DNA from: an uncultured Pseudobdellovibrionaceae bacterium
GTDB lineage: Bacteria > Pseudomonadota > Alphaproteobacteria > Micavibrionales > Micavibrionaceae
Assembly (NCBI GenBank): GCA_964648505.1
Contig: CAZYMI010000006.1
Span: 4,223-68,222, forward strand
Reading direction: 5' to 3'
DNA: 64,000 nt
The position numbers and the translations under genes were made by a program. Position 1 is the first letter of the stretch. Every line of letters begins with the position of its first letter. This document shows positions 8,332 to 19,450 of this stretch, in pieces. Under the pieces are notes generated by a model that saw only the letters and a program-made list of their open reading frames with translations, was not told the origin of the DNA and did not search any database.

Positions 8332-10275
8332 ATGCAGTTAATAAAGTTCCAAGAAGTCTATCGCGATGCCATTCAATCTTTGTTTGGCACCAACCCATCG
8401 GCTGACGAAATTATAACAGCACACCCAAACGCGCATTTAACCGGCGTCAGCTCCATTCAAACGGGTGGCGGAACCTTCTTTGATTTGTTTGCAAAAAAAA
8501 GGCGCGACGAGTGGAATGAAGTTGAAAAAATTATTTCTTTCTTTAAAGCGCTTAATGTTCGTCAATCCGCGCTGATACGTGGCGATTTTTTATTTAGCTA
8601 CGAACCGCAAGCGTATGACGTTGTACGCGCAACTGTTTTTGAATATGCCAAAATGGGTATGAATATTTTGCAGAATTTTCACGGCATGAATGATGCGCGC
8701 GCCTTAGTTGGTGTTGCGAAAGCTGTGAAAGAAGCACAAAGCCTTGGCTATGATATTATTGCCCAAGGCACGATTTGTATTGAAGATAGCCCAAATATCA
8801 CAATCCAGTCTTGTTTTCGTCACGCTGAAAAACTTGTTGAAATGGGGCATCAAGGTTTTTATTTAAAATCTGCAAGCGGGCGGCTAGACCCTCATTTTGT
8901 TGAAAAACTTGTGGGTGCGCTTTATGACCGCTTCCCCGACCAACCCATTACAATTCATGTCCACTCAACTTATGGCGAAGCGCCTATATGCTACATGGCA
9001 GCTGCAAAAGCCGCGGTTGAGCGCGGTCAGCCTATTACTATGGATGTGCAGCATCCATCCCTTGCAGGTTTAACGGCGCACCCAAGTATGGTGAAAATGC
9101 TTGAACTCATTCAAGACAGTCCCATTCCAGCGATTCGCGAAAATGCGCCACACTTAAATTTTGAAGCCTTACGTGCTGATGAGCGCACCCTTTTTGAAAT
9201 GCGGTTTCGCTATCGCCAATTTGAAACGCCTTATAGCCATGATGTTTTACTTGCGATGCGCGACGCACGCGCGGCAGGTGGAGCATCAGCTACACTGCGC
9301 AGCATACCAGGATTAGAGGATAATTTGGGCCGTTTACTTGGCACAAATGACTGGAACAAAATTCAAATAGCCATTTATAAAATGCAAGCACGCATTGACG
9401 CTGATTTGGGTTCTCCAACACAAGTGACGCCTTATGCAGCCAACACCACTGGCCAAGCGGCTATTTCGCTTTACCAAGAACTGATGGGTCACGACGTATA
9501 TAGCGTGCTCTACCCTGGCATTCAAAATTACTTAGTGGGTCGCCACGGCTTTGTACCGAAAAGCGTTAACCCTAAACTCCAGGCGCTCGCGCTCGAAAAA
9601 GCTGGTTTGCAAGCCCCTATTGATTACGTTCTTTCAACCGATCGCCCGCCAGTTTTAGATGCTGCCAAGGGTACTTTACGCGCCGCAGGAATCTCAGAAC
9701 CTACTGACAGACAAGCAATTTCAACAATAATTCTTTCAAACGGCTTAGCACATGTATTGGATTGTTATCACGGCAAAAACACACCACAAGAGCCGCCAGT
9801 GCTTCCAGTCTTCACACAAAAAACTGAGCCTGTTATTTTAGGGCAAGTCCGCGTCTATTCATACGGGCTATCACACTGGCTTGAAGCAATTGGCGGTTAC
9901 GGCATGCTGCAAAAAATCGCTGAGCAAGCTGTGCATATTAAACAGATTGATGACTCTTATTTTATCTTTCCAGACGACATGGATTATAAGCGCGATGAAT
10001 GGCGAAATAAGACGATCGCTGCACTTGCCAATTTTTTTGATGCAGTACCGCTAAGACTACAAGAACATGGTGTCCCGCGATTTCATTTTTTTAATGCTTC
10101 AGCAAAACCCTCTTTGCGTGTTCAATTCATTATGCATGACCTTCAAGGCCTTATAAAAGAAGCATGCGATAAACGTGGCGTCGGTGTGTATGATCATATG
10201 CGCGCTGCACTTCAATCTTACAGGCGCGCGCAACCCGCCCCTGACCCGAGCGCACATAAGATGATCCTTAACTGA
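8332..10275 (+). CDS. Divergent carboxyltransferase (OadA/PycB 5S-subunit-like TIM barrel) protein without a biotinyl domain
   Basis: Collinear with the oxaloacetate decarboxylase alpha / pyruvate carboxylase CT domain. Aligned motifs: YRDAIQSL (canonical RDAHQS), GGGTFFD, LIRG, LKSASG (canonical KDMAG), HVHSTYG, AAGGASATL, SPTQVTPYAANTTGQAA, GRHGFVPKSVN. No (A/E)MKM biotinylation motif. The likely start is the ATG at 8332, in frame with the TTG at 8311. Confidence 0.78.
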   Translation: MQLIKFQEVYRDAIQSLFGTNPSADEIITAHPNAHLTGVSSIQTGGGTFFDLFAKKRRDEWNEVEKIISFFKALNVRQSALIRGDFLFSYEPQAYDVVRATVFEYAKMGMNILQNFHGMNDARALVGVAKAVKEAQSLGYDIIAQGTICIEDSPNITIQSCFRHAEKLVEMGHQGFYLKSASGRLDPHFVEKLVGALYDRFPDQPITIHVHSTYGEAPICYMAAAKAAVERGQPITMDVQHPSLAGLTAHPSMVKMLELIQDSPIPAIRENAPHLNFEALRADERTLFEMRFRYRQFETPYSHDVLLAMRDARAAGGASATLRSIPGLEDNLGRLLGTNDWNKIQIAIYKMQARIDADLGSPTQVTPYAANTTGQAAISLYQELMGHDVYSVLYPGIQNYLVGRHGFVPKSVNPKLQALALEKAGLQAPIDYVLSTDRPPVLDAAKGTLRAAGISEPTDRQAISTIILSNGLAHVLDCYHGKNTPQEPPVLPVFTQKTEPVILGQVRVYSYGLSHWLEAIGGYGMLQKIAEQAVHIKQIDDSYFIFPDDMDYKRDEWRNKTIAALANFFDAVPLRLQEHGVPRFHFFNASAKPSLRVQFIMHDLQGLIKEACDKRGVGVYDHMRAALQSYRRAQPAPDPSAHKMILN

Positions 10276-10340
10276 TATAAAGTTATATAATATACTAGGA
10301 ATTTTGTCCTATATATGTTATCATCCACTCATCAACACCA

Positions 10341-10368
10341 CCCGTCTGCCTTGCGGGCGGGTTTTTTT
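10341..10368 (+). terminator. Rho-independent terminator
   Basis: Stem CCCGTCTG/CGGGCGGG (two G-U pairs) followed by T7. It sits about 65 nt after the stop of the preceding CDS. Confidence 0.65.
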
Positions 10369-10379
10369 ATGGAGACAAA

Positions 10380-10661
10380 ATGAGCCTGTTCAAAAAGTTA
10401 GCCGGATTCCTTACCGACAGCTTTGGCCCGCAAATGCCCAACGCGCCAGAAGACATTACACGCGCACGGCGCGGCTTTGAAGATATTGGATTTGAAGATG
10501 ACGCACCAAACTCGCCTTACATGACAAGAGGCCTTGCGCGAAATATCGAGCGTTTTCAAACAAACCAAGGCTTAAAACGCGATGGCATTATGCGCCCCAA
10601 CGGTGAAACAGAGCGCACTTTACTGCTTGCAAAAGAACGCAAAGACGACACAAAAGAATAG
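10380..10661 (+). CDS. Small protein with a peptidoglycan-binding-like (PG_binding_1-type) motif
   Basis: 93 aa. NIERFQTNQGLKRDGIMRPNGETERTL resembles the LQxxLGxxxDGxxGxxT signature. GGAG lies upstream of the ATG. Confidence 0.5.
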   Translation: MSLFKKLAGFLTDSFGPQMPNAPEDITRARRGFEDIGFEDDAPNSPYMTRGLARNIERFQTNQGLKRDGIMRPNGETERTLLLAKERKDDTKE

Positions 10662-11026
10662 GTATGAGGCCAAACTTGAATCAACATTTTCCTGATTTTC
10701 CTCCAACCGAACCACATGAGACGAATTCTCTACGATTCTTGAAAAGATAGACGGGTCAATACCGACATGGTCCAAAATAGGTGGCACTTTGCGCCCCACT
10801 ACTTGCAGCCAGTGTAAGAGCTTTCCTAAGCGTTCCCCTAACAGGACTAAAAATCATTTTTATAAATTATCATAATTTATATTATTATGCAAAAAACTTA
10901 AAAATGCACTTTTGTGCATAAAATTGACATTTCATTGGAATCGTACTAAGGTTTTTATCCTAATTTAATAATTAAGAAAGTCTTAAGACTTCACTCAAAA
11001 AACCGGGTCGGGGAGGCCCTTTGTCA

Positions 11027-11335
11027 ATGTGGTATATCCAACAAGCCGCCAATCAATCTGACAACTCCTTATCTTTTTTTGACTGTAAAGACCTTTACGA
11101 GAAAGCTTATGCGCATAAACGCCTGGTCCGTAATGCTGTCAGTGATTATTGTGCATGGATTATAGAAAACAAAAGCCTTACAGATCCCTTGGCTATTTCA
11201 AAATCTGTTATTTTAGGACGGGTTATGAAAGACAGGGCAAAATCGGAAATCCTTAAATTCCGACTAGAACTTGCCAAGGCTGAAGCTGCCGCAAACCAGT
11301 ATAAAGCACAAATTTCTGGGTCTATAGCTGCTTAA
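11027..11335 (+). CDS. Hypothetical protein
   Basis: 102 aa counted from the ATG at 11027, with GGGGAGG upstream. No recognisable motif. A TTGACA-N17-TAAGGT promoter-like sequence lies at 10924-10952. Confidence 0.45.
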   Translation: MWYIQQAANQSDNSLSFFDCKDLYEKAYAHKRLVRNAVSDYCAWIIENKSLTDPLAISKSVILGRVMKDRAKSEILKFRLELAKAEAAANQYKAQISGSIAA

Positions 11336-11498
11336 AAAGCTAAAAAATCTAATTCCTTCAAACAATTGCCTAAAGTTTTCCTTGACGCGCCAGGCTTTTC
11401 AGGGAATTCTGGCCTTCTCGCGGTCAATGTAGGTTTTATGTTTCATATCAACATGATAGTGACTTAATGCCACTGACCGTTCTTAGGAAGGAGACGCG

Positions 11499-11804
11499 AT
11501 GACCAAATCCGAATTGATCCAGATGCTGGCAGAACGTAACCCACATCTGTACTTACGCGACATTGAACGCATAGTCGAAACTGTGTTTGATGAAATGGCA
11601 TCAGCTCTTGCCAAAGGAGATCGCGTTGAATTGCGTGGCTTTGGTGCTTTTTCGATCAAATCCAGAGAGAGCCGAACAGGTCGTAACCCACGGACAGGCC
11701 AAAGCGTAAGCGTTACCGCTAAAAAACTACCTTTCTTTAAAACAGGAAAAGAACTGCGCGACCGCCTGAACGGAAAAATATCAGGACCTATGGACATCGA
11801 ATAA
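11499..11804 (+). CDS. ihfB: Integration host factor subunit beta
   Basis: MTKSELIQ...[52 protein letters not shown] is a classic IHF-beta/HU fold sequence. GGAAGGAG Shine-Dalgarno upstream. Confidence 0.93.
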   Translation: MTKSELIQMLAERNPHLYLRDIERIVETVFDEMASALAKGDRVELRGFGAFSIKSRESRTGRNPRTGQSVSVTAKKLPFFKTGKELRDRLNGKISGPMDIE

Positions 11805-12094
11805 TGCTTGCCATTATGAAGTGGGTTTTAACCACGCTGGGCTTTTCTGCCTTGCTGATATTTTGCATTTTTAACCGAAGCGATACATCGCTTACGCTTA
11901 ATCCATTTTCAACGCCCATGATCTTGCCGCTGGCTCTGGTTATTCTGGGGGGCGTTGTGGTTGGATTTATCTGGGGTTCTTTGATTGTCTGGATTCATAA
12001 CGGCAAGCTAAGACGATCTTATAAAATTGCTTTAAAAGAACTTCGCAATCTTGAAGACAGGCTTGCAGCCCAAAAAGCATCGCTGACACCATAA
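11804..12094 (+). CDS. lapA: LapA-family (DUF1049) inner-membrane protein
   Basis: 96 aa with two TM helices followed by a coiled C-terminus. TAATG overlap with ihfB. ihfB-lapA adjacency is typical. Confidence 0.72.
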   Translation: MLAIMKWVLTTLGFSALLIFCIFNRSDTSLTLNPFSTPMILPLALVILGGVVVGFIWGSLIVWIHNGKLRRSYKIALKELRNLEDRLAAQKASLTP

Positions 12095-12108
12095 AAAAGG
12101 ATAGCACC

Positions 12109-13122
12109 ATGAATTGGCTTTCAAACTTCATTCGCCCTAAAATTCAGTCATTCGTCGGACAGAAAGATGTGCCTGATAATCTATGGACCAAATGCCCTTC
12201 TTGTGAGGCTTTGCTTTTTCAGCGCGATCTTGTAGAAAATCTGCATGTCTGCAACAAATGTGATCATCATATGCGCATTGATGTGAAGCACAGGCTTGAT
12301 ATTTTGTTCGATCACTCATCATGGCACGAAGTGCCGGTCCCGAGCGTCCCGCTTGATCCTTTAAAATTCCGTGACAAAAAACGCTATTCCGATCGCCTGC
12401 GCGACAGCCAGGCAAAAACAGGGCGTAAAGATGCCATTGTAGTCGCCAAAGGCATGATCGGGGGCAACAAGGCGATTGTTGCCGCTTTTGATTTTGATTT
12501 TATGGGTGGATCAATGGGTGCAGGTGTTGGTGAAGGATTAGTAAAGGCTGCAGAAGTTGCTGTATCAGAAAAAGCAGCTTTAATTGCTGTGCCTGCTTCT
12601 GGCGGCGCACGTATGCAAGAAGGGGCTGTTTCTTTAATGCAAATGCCGCGCACAATTATTGCAGTGGAAATGGTTAAAAATGCCAAGCTTCCTTATATTG
12701 TGCTTTTAAGTGACCCAACAACGGGTGGCGTCAGCGCTTCTTTTGCTATGGTTGGTGACATACATATCGCTGAGCCGGGTGCTGTCATTGGGTTTGCGGG
12801 CAAACGCGTTATTGAAGAAACTATTCGCGAACAATTACCAGAAGGCTTCCAGACGGCTGAATACCTGCTTGATCATGGCATGGTTGATCTTGTTGTTCCG
12901 CGGTCTGAGTTGCGCAACAAAATCGGTATGATTTTAACAATCTTGATGAAATCAGGTAAAGACGCCAGTCGCAAAGGATACCCTGAAGCGCCTGTGTCTT
13001 TGGATTCTAAAGGTGCAATCATGTCTCATGCTGTTGAAGCTGCTGGCACTGTTGCAAGCCTTGATTCTTATAGAAAAAAAGAAAAAAGATCGATCCTGAA
13101 AAGGAATAAGACGGGCCGATAA
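12109..13122 (+). CDS. accD: Acetyl-CoA carboxylase carboxyltransferase subunit beta
   Basis: N-terminal Zn ribbon CPSCEALLF...CNKCDHH, then the FDFDFMGGSMGAGVGE carboxyltransferase core. Followed by folC. Confidence 0.95.
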   Translation: MNWLSNFIRPKIQSFVGQKDVPDNLWTKCPSCEALLFQRDLVENLHVCNKCDHHMRIDVKHRLDILFDHSSWHEVPVPSVPLDPLKFRDKKRYSDRLRDSQAKTGRKDAIVVAKGMIGGNKAIVAAFDFDFMGGSMGAGVGEGLVKAAEVAVSEKAALIAVPASGGARMQEGAVSLMQMPRTIIAVEMVKNAKLPYIVLLSDPTTGGVSASFAMVGDIHIAEPGAVIGFAGKRVIEETIREQLPEGFQTAEYLLDHGMVDLVVPRSELRNKIGMILTILMKSGKDASRKGYPEAPVSLDSKGAIMSHAVEAAGTVASLDSYRKKEKRSILKRNKTGR

Positions 13123-13124
13123 AA

Positions 13125-14393
13125 ATGTCGGCAGATGAAGCCCTTCAAGTAAAACTTGATTTTCTAGGAACATTGCACCCCAAAGTAATCGATCTGGGGC
13201 TTGAACGTGTTTATCGACTACTCAATGCGTTAGATAATCCGCATCTTAAACTACCCCCTGTCATTCACGTCGCTGGCACGAATGGAAAGGGGTCAAGCGT
13301 TGCAACACTTAAAGCAATCCTTCAAGCGCACGGAAAAACCTGTCATGTCATGACATCGCCGCACCTTGTTCGTTTCCATGAACGTTTTATTATACAAGAC
13401 GCAGAAATTTCAAGCGTCCATCTTTTAGATCTTCTTGAAGAAGTTGAGCATGCAAATAAAAGCGAACCAATTACTTTTTTTGAAATTATCACAGTTGTAG
13501 GTTTACTCGCTTTCTCACGCTCATACGCTGATTATACAATTCTTGAAACAGGTATGGGCGGCAGACTTGATGCAACAAATGTTATTCCCAACCCTGCGCT
13601 AACACTTATCACGATGATTTCTTATGACCACCAATCCTACCTGGGACACACGCTTACCGATATCGCCAAAGAAAAAGCCGGGATCATGAAGCTCGATACG
13701 CCTTGTATTATTGGCAAACAAACACCAGAAGCCAAAGCTCAAAATATTCCTGAACTATTTGTGCAGTATGGTGATTCTCTTAACTCATCTCTTTACAGAG
13801 CTGAGCATGAGTGGAGTATTCAAAAACAATCAGACAAGCTTTTATTCACCTTTGCCGGCACAACAGAAAAATTTCCCTTGCCTGTTTTACTGGGTGATTA
13901 CCAGCTTGATAATACTGGTAATGCGATTATGGCTGCTAAGCTTATTATTAATTCATCCCCTGACCTTATTGCAAAGGGGATCCAACAAACTTCATGGCCG
14001 GGCCGTCTGCAAAAAATGCAGGGATCTGATATTTATATTGATGGCGGGCACAATGATAGCGCCAGTGAGGCACTGGCACAGCAGGCGCAGCAATGGTACA
14101 ATCAAGACGGCTTAAAGCTTCATCTTGTGCTGGGCATGCTTTCCACAAAAGATCCTTCGTGCTTTATAAAGCCCCTTTTACCTTATCTGGAAAGTATAAC
14201 ATGCGTTTCCATCCCTGATGAACAATTGTCATTTGACGCTCAATCGCTACTGGATAAAATTTTGCCGCACGTAACGTGCCCGGTTCAAACTGCCTTACTT
14301 GATAAAGAAATGCTGTATCAATTGGCACATCAAAGGCGTGTTCTTGTAACCGGATCACTTTATCTGGCTGGCTGGATGCTAAAAAATTGGTAA
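13125..14393 (+). CDS. folC: Bifunctional folylpolyglutamate synthase / dihydrofolate synthase
   Basis: HVAGTNGKGS P-loop and Mur-ligase-like layout. Conserved accD-folC pairing. Confidence 0.9.
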   Translation: MSADEALQVKLDFLGTLHPKVIDLGLERVYRLLNALDNPHLKLPPVIHVAGTNGKGSSVATLKAILQAHGKTCHVMTSPHLVRFHERFIIQDAEISSVHLLDLLEEVEHANKSEPITFFEIITVVGLLAFSRSYADYTILETGMGGRLDATNVIPNPALTLITMISYDHQSYLGHTLTDIAKEKAGIMKLDTPCIIGKQTPEAKAQNIPELFVQYGDSLNSSLYRAEHEWSIQKQSDKLLFTFAGTTEKFPLPVLLGDYQLDNTGNAIMAAKLIINSSPDLIAKGIQQTSWPGRLQKMQGSDIYIDGGHNDSASEALAQQAQQWYNQDGLKLHLVLGMLSTKDPSCFIKPLLPYLESITCVSIPDEQLSFDAQSLLDKILPHVTCPVQTALLDKEMLYQLAHQRRVLVTGSLYLAGWMLKNW

Positions 14394-14402
14394 GATAGTT
14401 GA

Positions 14403-15104
14403 ATGAACAGAAACAAAATAACCCTTATTGATGATGACCGAAACATTGTGGCATCGGTTAAAATTCTTCTTGAGTCCGAAGGATATCAAGTTCAGTGCTT
14501 TTTTGATGGCGAAGAAGGCTTGGCCGGCGTTTTGGCAGACCCACCTCATCTTATATTGCTCGATATTAAAATGCCTCGACTTGATGGAACAGAAGTTTTA
14601 TCTCGCTTGCGTCAGTCTTTAAAAACACCTGTAATCTTTCTGACCTCAAAAGATGACGAGCTGGACGAAATCTTAGGTCTGCGCCTTGGAGCCGATGATT
14701 ATATAACCAAGCCTTTTTCTCAAAGACTTTTGCTGGAACGCATTCGCGCTGTATTACGTCGCAACGCCCCGCGTGAAATAACCGCAGAAGACCCTTACAA
14801 ACACACGGAAATTACTCGTGGTTCCTTAAGTTTGGATGAGGATCGGCATAGTTGTAAATGGAAAGGACAGGATATACCGGTTACCGTAACTGAATTTCTT
14901 CTTTTACGCGCCCTTTCAGATCGACCTGGCGTTGTTTTATCACGCGACCAGTTGATCGACCGCGCATACGGTGAGACACTCTATATTGATGACCGAACAA
15001 TCGACTCACATATCAAAAGGCTTAGAAAAAAATTCCGTGGAACAGACCCGTCATTTGACTCCATCGAAACACTTTATGGCGTCGGCTACCGCTACAGTGA
15101 ATAG
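14403..15104 (+). CDS. chvI: OmpR-family response regulator ChvI
   Basis: Very close to the ChvI/BvrR pattern (IDDDRNI..S....[54 protein letters not shown]). Followed by a ChvG-like kinase. Confidence 0.9.
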   Translation: MNRNKITLIDDDRNIVASVKILLESEGYQVQCFFDGEEGLAGVLADPPHLILLDIKMPRLDGTEVLSRLRQSLKTPVIFLTSKDDELDEILGLRLGADDYITKPFSQRLLLERIRAVLRRNAPREITAEDPYKHTEITRGSLSLDEDRHSCKWKGQDIPVTVTEFLLLRALSDRPGVVLSRDQLIDRAYGETLYIDDRTIDSHIKRLRKKFRGTDPSFDSIETLYGVGYRYSE

Positions 15105-16647
15105 TTCTGGCAAAAACGCGCATGGGCTGAACAGTTTAACCTTGCGGCTGATGGGCGTTAATATTCTGGCCCTACTTGTCATTGGAATTGGTATTTTACA
15201 AACAGGCCAGTTTAGAACAGCTGTTATTACAACCGAACTCACATCGCTTGAAACGGAAATCAAACTCATTTCAACATCTTTGTCTGATCAAGCAGAGCGC
15301 GTTGAGCATCTTAAAGAACTCAACCCTTATTTAAGGAATTTATCAGAGGCTAATAATCGTTCAATTTTGCTTTATGATACAAGTTCCTTACCTATAGGAT
15401 TTGCACGCGTCAATAATTCTGCGATCCACCCAAACACAAGTGAGCTTTCGTCGCTTGAAGATATTGTCAATAAAATCTCTCTTATTCTGCCCATTGAATA
15501 TAAATTTCCAATTTATAAAGATAATACATCTGTTCCTCATCTCGCTCCTAACCGTATCCAAGCTTTAAAGGGGCAGATCACGGTATCAGCCTGGCAAAGC
15601 CCTGATGGGCGTCTTATTTTTTCTGCTGGCGCGCCAATCAAAAGAAATGGACAAATTATCGGTTCAATCGTTTTAATTAAAGACGAAACACAAACAGAAG
15701 CGGCCATGCTGCAAACGCGAGTTGACATGGCACGTACATTACTCGCCATTTTTGTAATCACTGCAATCATGCTGATTTATTTTGCTGCTGTTGTAGGAAG
15801 ACCTTTAAATAAACTTGTCGATGCCGCAGAAAAAATAAGCCGTAGCCGGAACAGATCTGTTGAAATACCTGATCTATCATACAGAAATGATGAAATAGGC
15901 ACGCTTTCAAGTGCGTTCCGTGATATGACCAGCGCTTTATGGACCCGTATGGACAGTATCGAACATTTTGCAGCAGACGTTTCACACGAATTAAAAAATC
16001 CCCTCACATCAATGCGCTCTGCTATTGAAACTCTGGAACGCGTTAAAACTGAAGATCAGAAAAAACAATTAATCAGCATTCTCTCACACGATATTCGACG
16101 GATGGACAGGCTGATTACAGATATCTCTCGTGCATCGCGGATCGATGCTGAATTATCACGCGAGAACTTAGGAGCGATTGACCTGGAGAAACTTTTTATC
16201 AACACACGCAATGCCCTACAAAGCCATATCCAGGATCGTGCGATCACACTTGACCTGATTCACAATGGAAAGGGCCCTTTTATTGCCCTTGGCGTAGAAG
16301 GGCGCCTTGCGCAAGTTTTTGAAAATATAATCATCAACGCACTTTCTTTCACCCTGCCGGCCTCTCAAATTCTGGTCACTTTAACCCGTGAAGAACATTC
16401 AATTCTAATTAGTTTCAACGACCAAGGCCCAGGCATCCCCCCCGGCAAGGAAGAAAAAATATTTGAACGTTTTTACAGTGAACGTCCTTCGCAAGAGAAA
16501 TTCGGCGAACATTCAGGACTTGGTCTTGCTATATGCAGGCAAGTCATATCAAGCTGTGGAGGAAAAATATGGGCTGAGAATATTACAGACGATTCAGGCA
16601 GAGTACTTGGCGCAAGTTTTATCATCTTACTTCGGGATGCTTCATGA
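15076..16647 (+). CDS. chvG: Sensor histidine kinase ChvG/ExoS-like
   Basis: Two TM segments, a HAMP-like linker, H-box [16 protein letters not shown], an N box and a G box (GLGLAI). The start is either the ATG at 15076 or the GTG at 15097. The ORF-track start at 14971 overlaps chvI and is unlikely. Confidence 0.87.
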   Translation: MASATATVNSSGKNAHGLNSLTLRLMGVNILALLVIGIGILQTGQFRTAVITTELTSLETEIKLISTSLSDQAERVEHLKELNPYLRNLSEANNRSILLYDTSSLPIGFARVNNSAIHPNTSELSSLEDIVNKISLILPIEYKFPIYKDNTSVPHLAPNRIQALKGQITVSAWQSPDGRLIFSAGAPIKRNGQIIGSIVLIKDETQTEAAMLQTRVDMARTLLAIFVITAIMLIYFAAVVGRPLNKLVDAAEKISRSRNRSVEIPDLSYRNDEIGTLSSAFRDMTSALWTRMDSIEHFAADVSHELKNPLTSMRSAIETLERVKTEDQKKQLISILSHDIRRMDRLITDISRASRIDAELSRENLGAIDLEKLFINTRNALQSHIQDRAITLDLIHNGKGPFIALGVEGRLAQVFENIIINALSFTLPASQILVTLTREEHSILISFNDQGPGIPPGKEEKIFERFYSERPSQEKFGEHSGLGLAICRQVISSCGGKIWAENITDDSGRVLGASFIILLRDAS

Positions 16648-17525
16648 ATACACCATCGAGCGATTGCAAAAAGATTCCTCTTATCCTGTTGACAGGGCTA
16701 TCAGGGGCCGGCTTATCATCTGCGCTAAAAAATCTTGAAGATCTGGGATTTGAAGCATTTGATAATTTTCCTTTAAGGTTGCTCGACCCTTTGCTCGGTA
16801 CGGCTGGTCATGCCTTAAACAATCCGGTCGCCATTGGTGTTGATGCCCGCACCCGTGATTTTTCTCCGGCATCAATGAAGCTTGTGCTTGAATCTCTCAA
16901 AGCGCGCGATAATCTTGATGTTTCTCTTGTTTTTCTTACCGCCGATGAAGCTGTGCTTTTAAAACGCTTCACAGAAACACGCAGAAGACACCCCCTTGCA
17001 GATGACAGGCCTATCGCGGACGGAATAAAAGTTGAACAACGCTGGCTTTATGATTTGCGTGAGATGTCTGACCATGTGATCGATACAACAGAATTATCTG
17101 TTCATGATTTAAAAAGAATTCTGCACGGGCATTTTTTAAAGCCTGACACAAAACTTCTGACAGTCTCAATTATTTCTTTTAGTTTTAAGCGTGGCATTCC
17201 ACGAGAAGCTGATTTGGTCTTTGATGTTCGGTTCTTAAAAAATCCGCATTGGGATGAAAATCTGCGTTTAAAGAACGGCACAAATACAGATGTTCAAGAA
17301 TATATCGCTACTGATACTTCTTTTGCCCCTTTTACGAACAGTCTTAAAGCGCTTTTACAACCCTTACTGCCACGCTACCGCGAAGAAGGAAAAGCGTATT
17401 TAACGATTGCTTTTGGTTGTACCGGCGGAAAACACAGATCCGTTTTTGTTGCGCATGATATTGGATCATGGCTAAAAAATCAGAACACACCAGTTACAAT
17501 TATTCACAGAGATATGAAAGATTAA
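16644..17525 (+). CDS. rapZ: RNase adapter protein RapZ (YhbJ family)
   Basis: P-loop LTGLSGAGLSSALKNLEDLGF, FSFKRGIP, and C-terminal GCTGGKHRSV. ATGA overlap with the chvG stop. Confidence 0.9.
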   Translation: MNTPSSDCKKIPLILLTGLSGAGLSSALKNLEDLGFEAFDNFPLRLLDPLLGTAGHALNNPVAIGVDARTRDFSPASMKLVLESLKARDNLDVSLVFLTADEAVLLKRFTETRRRHPLADDRPIADGIKVEQRWLYDLREMSDHVIDTTELSVHDLKRILHGHFLKPDTKLLTVSIISFSFKRGIPREADLVFDVRFLKNPHWDENLRLKNGTNTDVQEYIATDTSFAPFTNSLKALLQPLLPRYREEGKAYLTIAFGCTGGKHRSVFVAHDIGSWLKNQNTPVTIIHRDMKD

Positions 17526-17648
17526 GGCGTAACAGTCGGCTGTGCAGAATCAGGATAAGAGGTCGCCACAATCTCAGCCTCATTCAGCCCTGATTTCTGG
17601 GGATCAAGGGCTTTGGCAAATGCACCGCATACATTAATAAGATTCAGT

Positions 17649-18026
17649 TTAAGCATCATCCATCACTCCATTTTCCAGACACAAAATAGCATTTTCTTTC
17701 ACCATGCCCGACAATTCACGAGCCATAAAAACGATCTTTGTTTGTGTCACATCGGGCAGTTTAGGAACCCGGTGAAAGAAGATCCTTTTATCAGAAAGAT
17801 GCCCAAGCGGGATAACCTCTTCAGGCTTACCATTCATAAGGCTGGTCAAGTTTGTAACCTTCTTTTCGGTTAAAGCAGGGCCTTCTGCCTCGTCGAGAAC
17901 CAGGTACTCGCCGACAGGCTTAAAATCTTGATTTTGCTCACTTTTTTGAATAATTTGATAACATCTGGCTAAATACGGGTGTGGTCGCCAGCTAAAAATA
18001 CCTATATTGTCTGTGTGTGCCGTCAT
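17649..18026 (-). CDS. Hypothetical protein
   Basis: 125-aa ORF with no motif I recognise. Divergent from ahcY. It is followed by an overlapping 45-codon ORF (see findings). Confidence 0.45.
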   Translation of the reverse strand: MTAHTDNIGIFSWRPHPYLARCYQIIQKSEQNQDFKPVGEYLVLDEAEGPALTEKKVTNLTSLMNGKPEEVIPLGHLSDKRIFFHRVPKLPDVTQTKIVFMARELSGMVKENAILCLENGVMDDA

Positions 18027-18102
18027 TTTTATTCCTTAAAAAGTCTTGCAAAAGACTTCTCCCAAGCATAAATGATCGCAGAGATTTATTAATATCGCGT
18101 GA

Positions 18103-19440
<1,338 letters not shown>

Positions 19441-19450
19441 AAATCAGATT

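Noticed and set aside
10662-11020. 360-bp ORF-free region as a possible pseudogene or RNA
   Set aside because: I found no convincing helices, repeats or frame remnants. Only a promoter-like TTGACA-N17-TAAGGT near its 3' end.
14971-15075. 5' extension of chvG overlapping the last 134 nt of chvI
   Set aside because: A non-ATG start would be needed, and the region encodes the ChvI C-terminus in another frame. The ATG at 15076 or the GTG at 15097 fits ChvG N-termini better.
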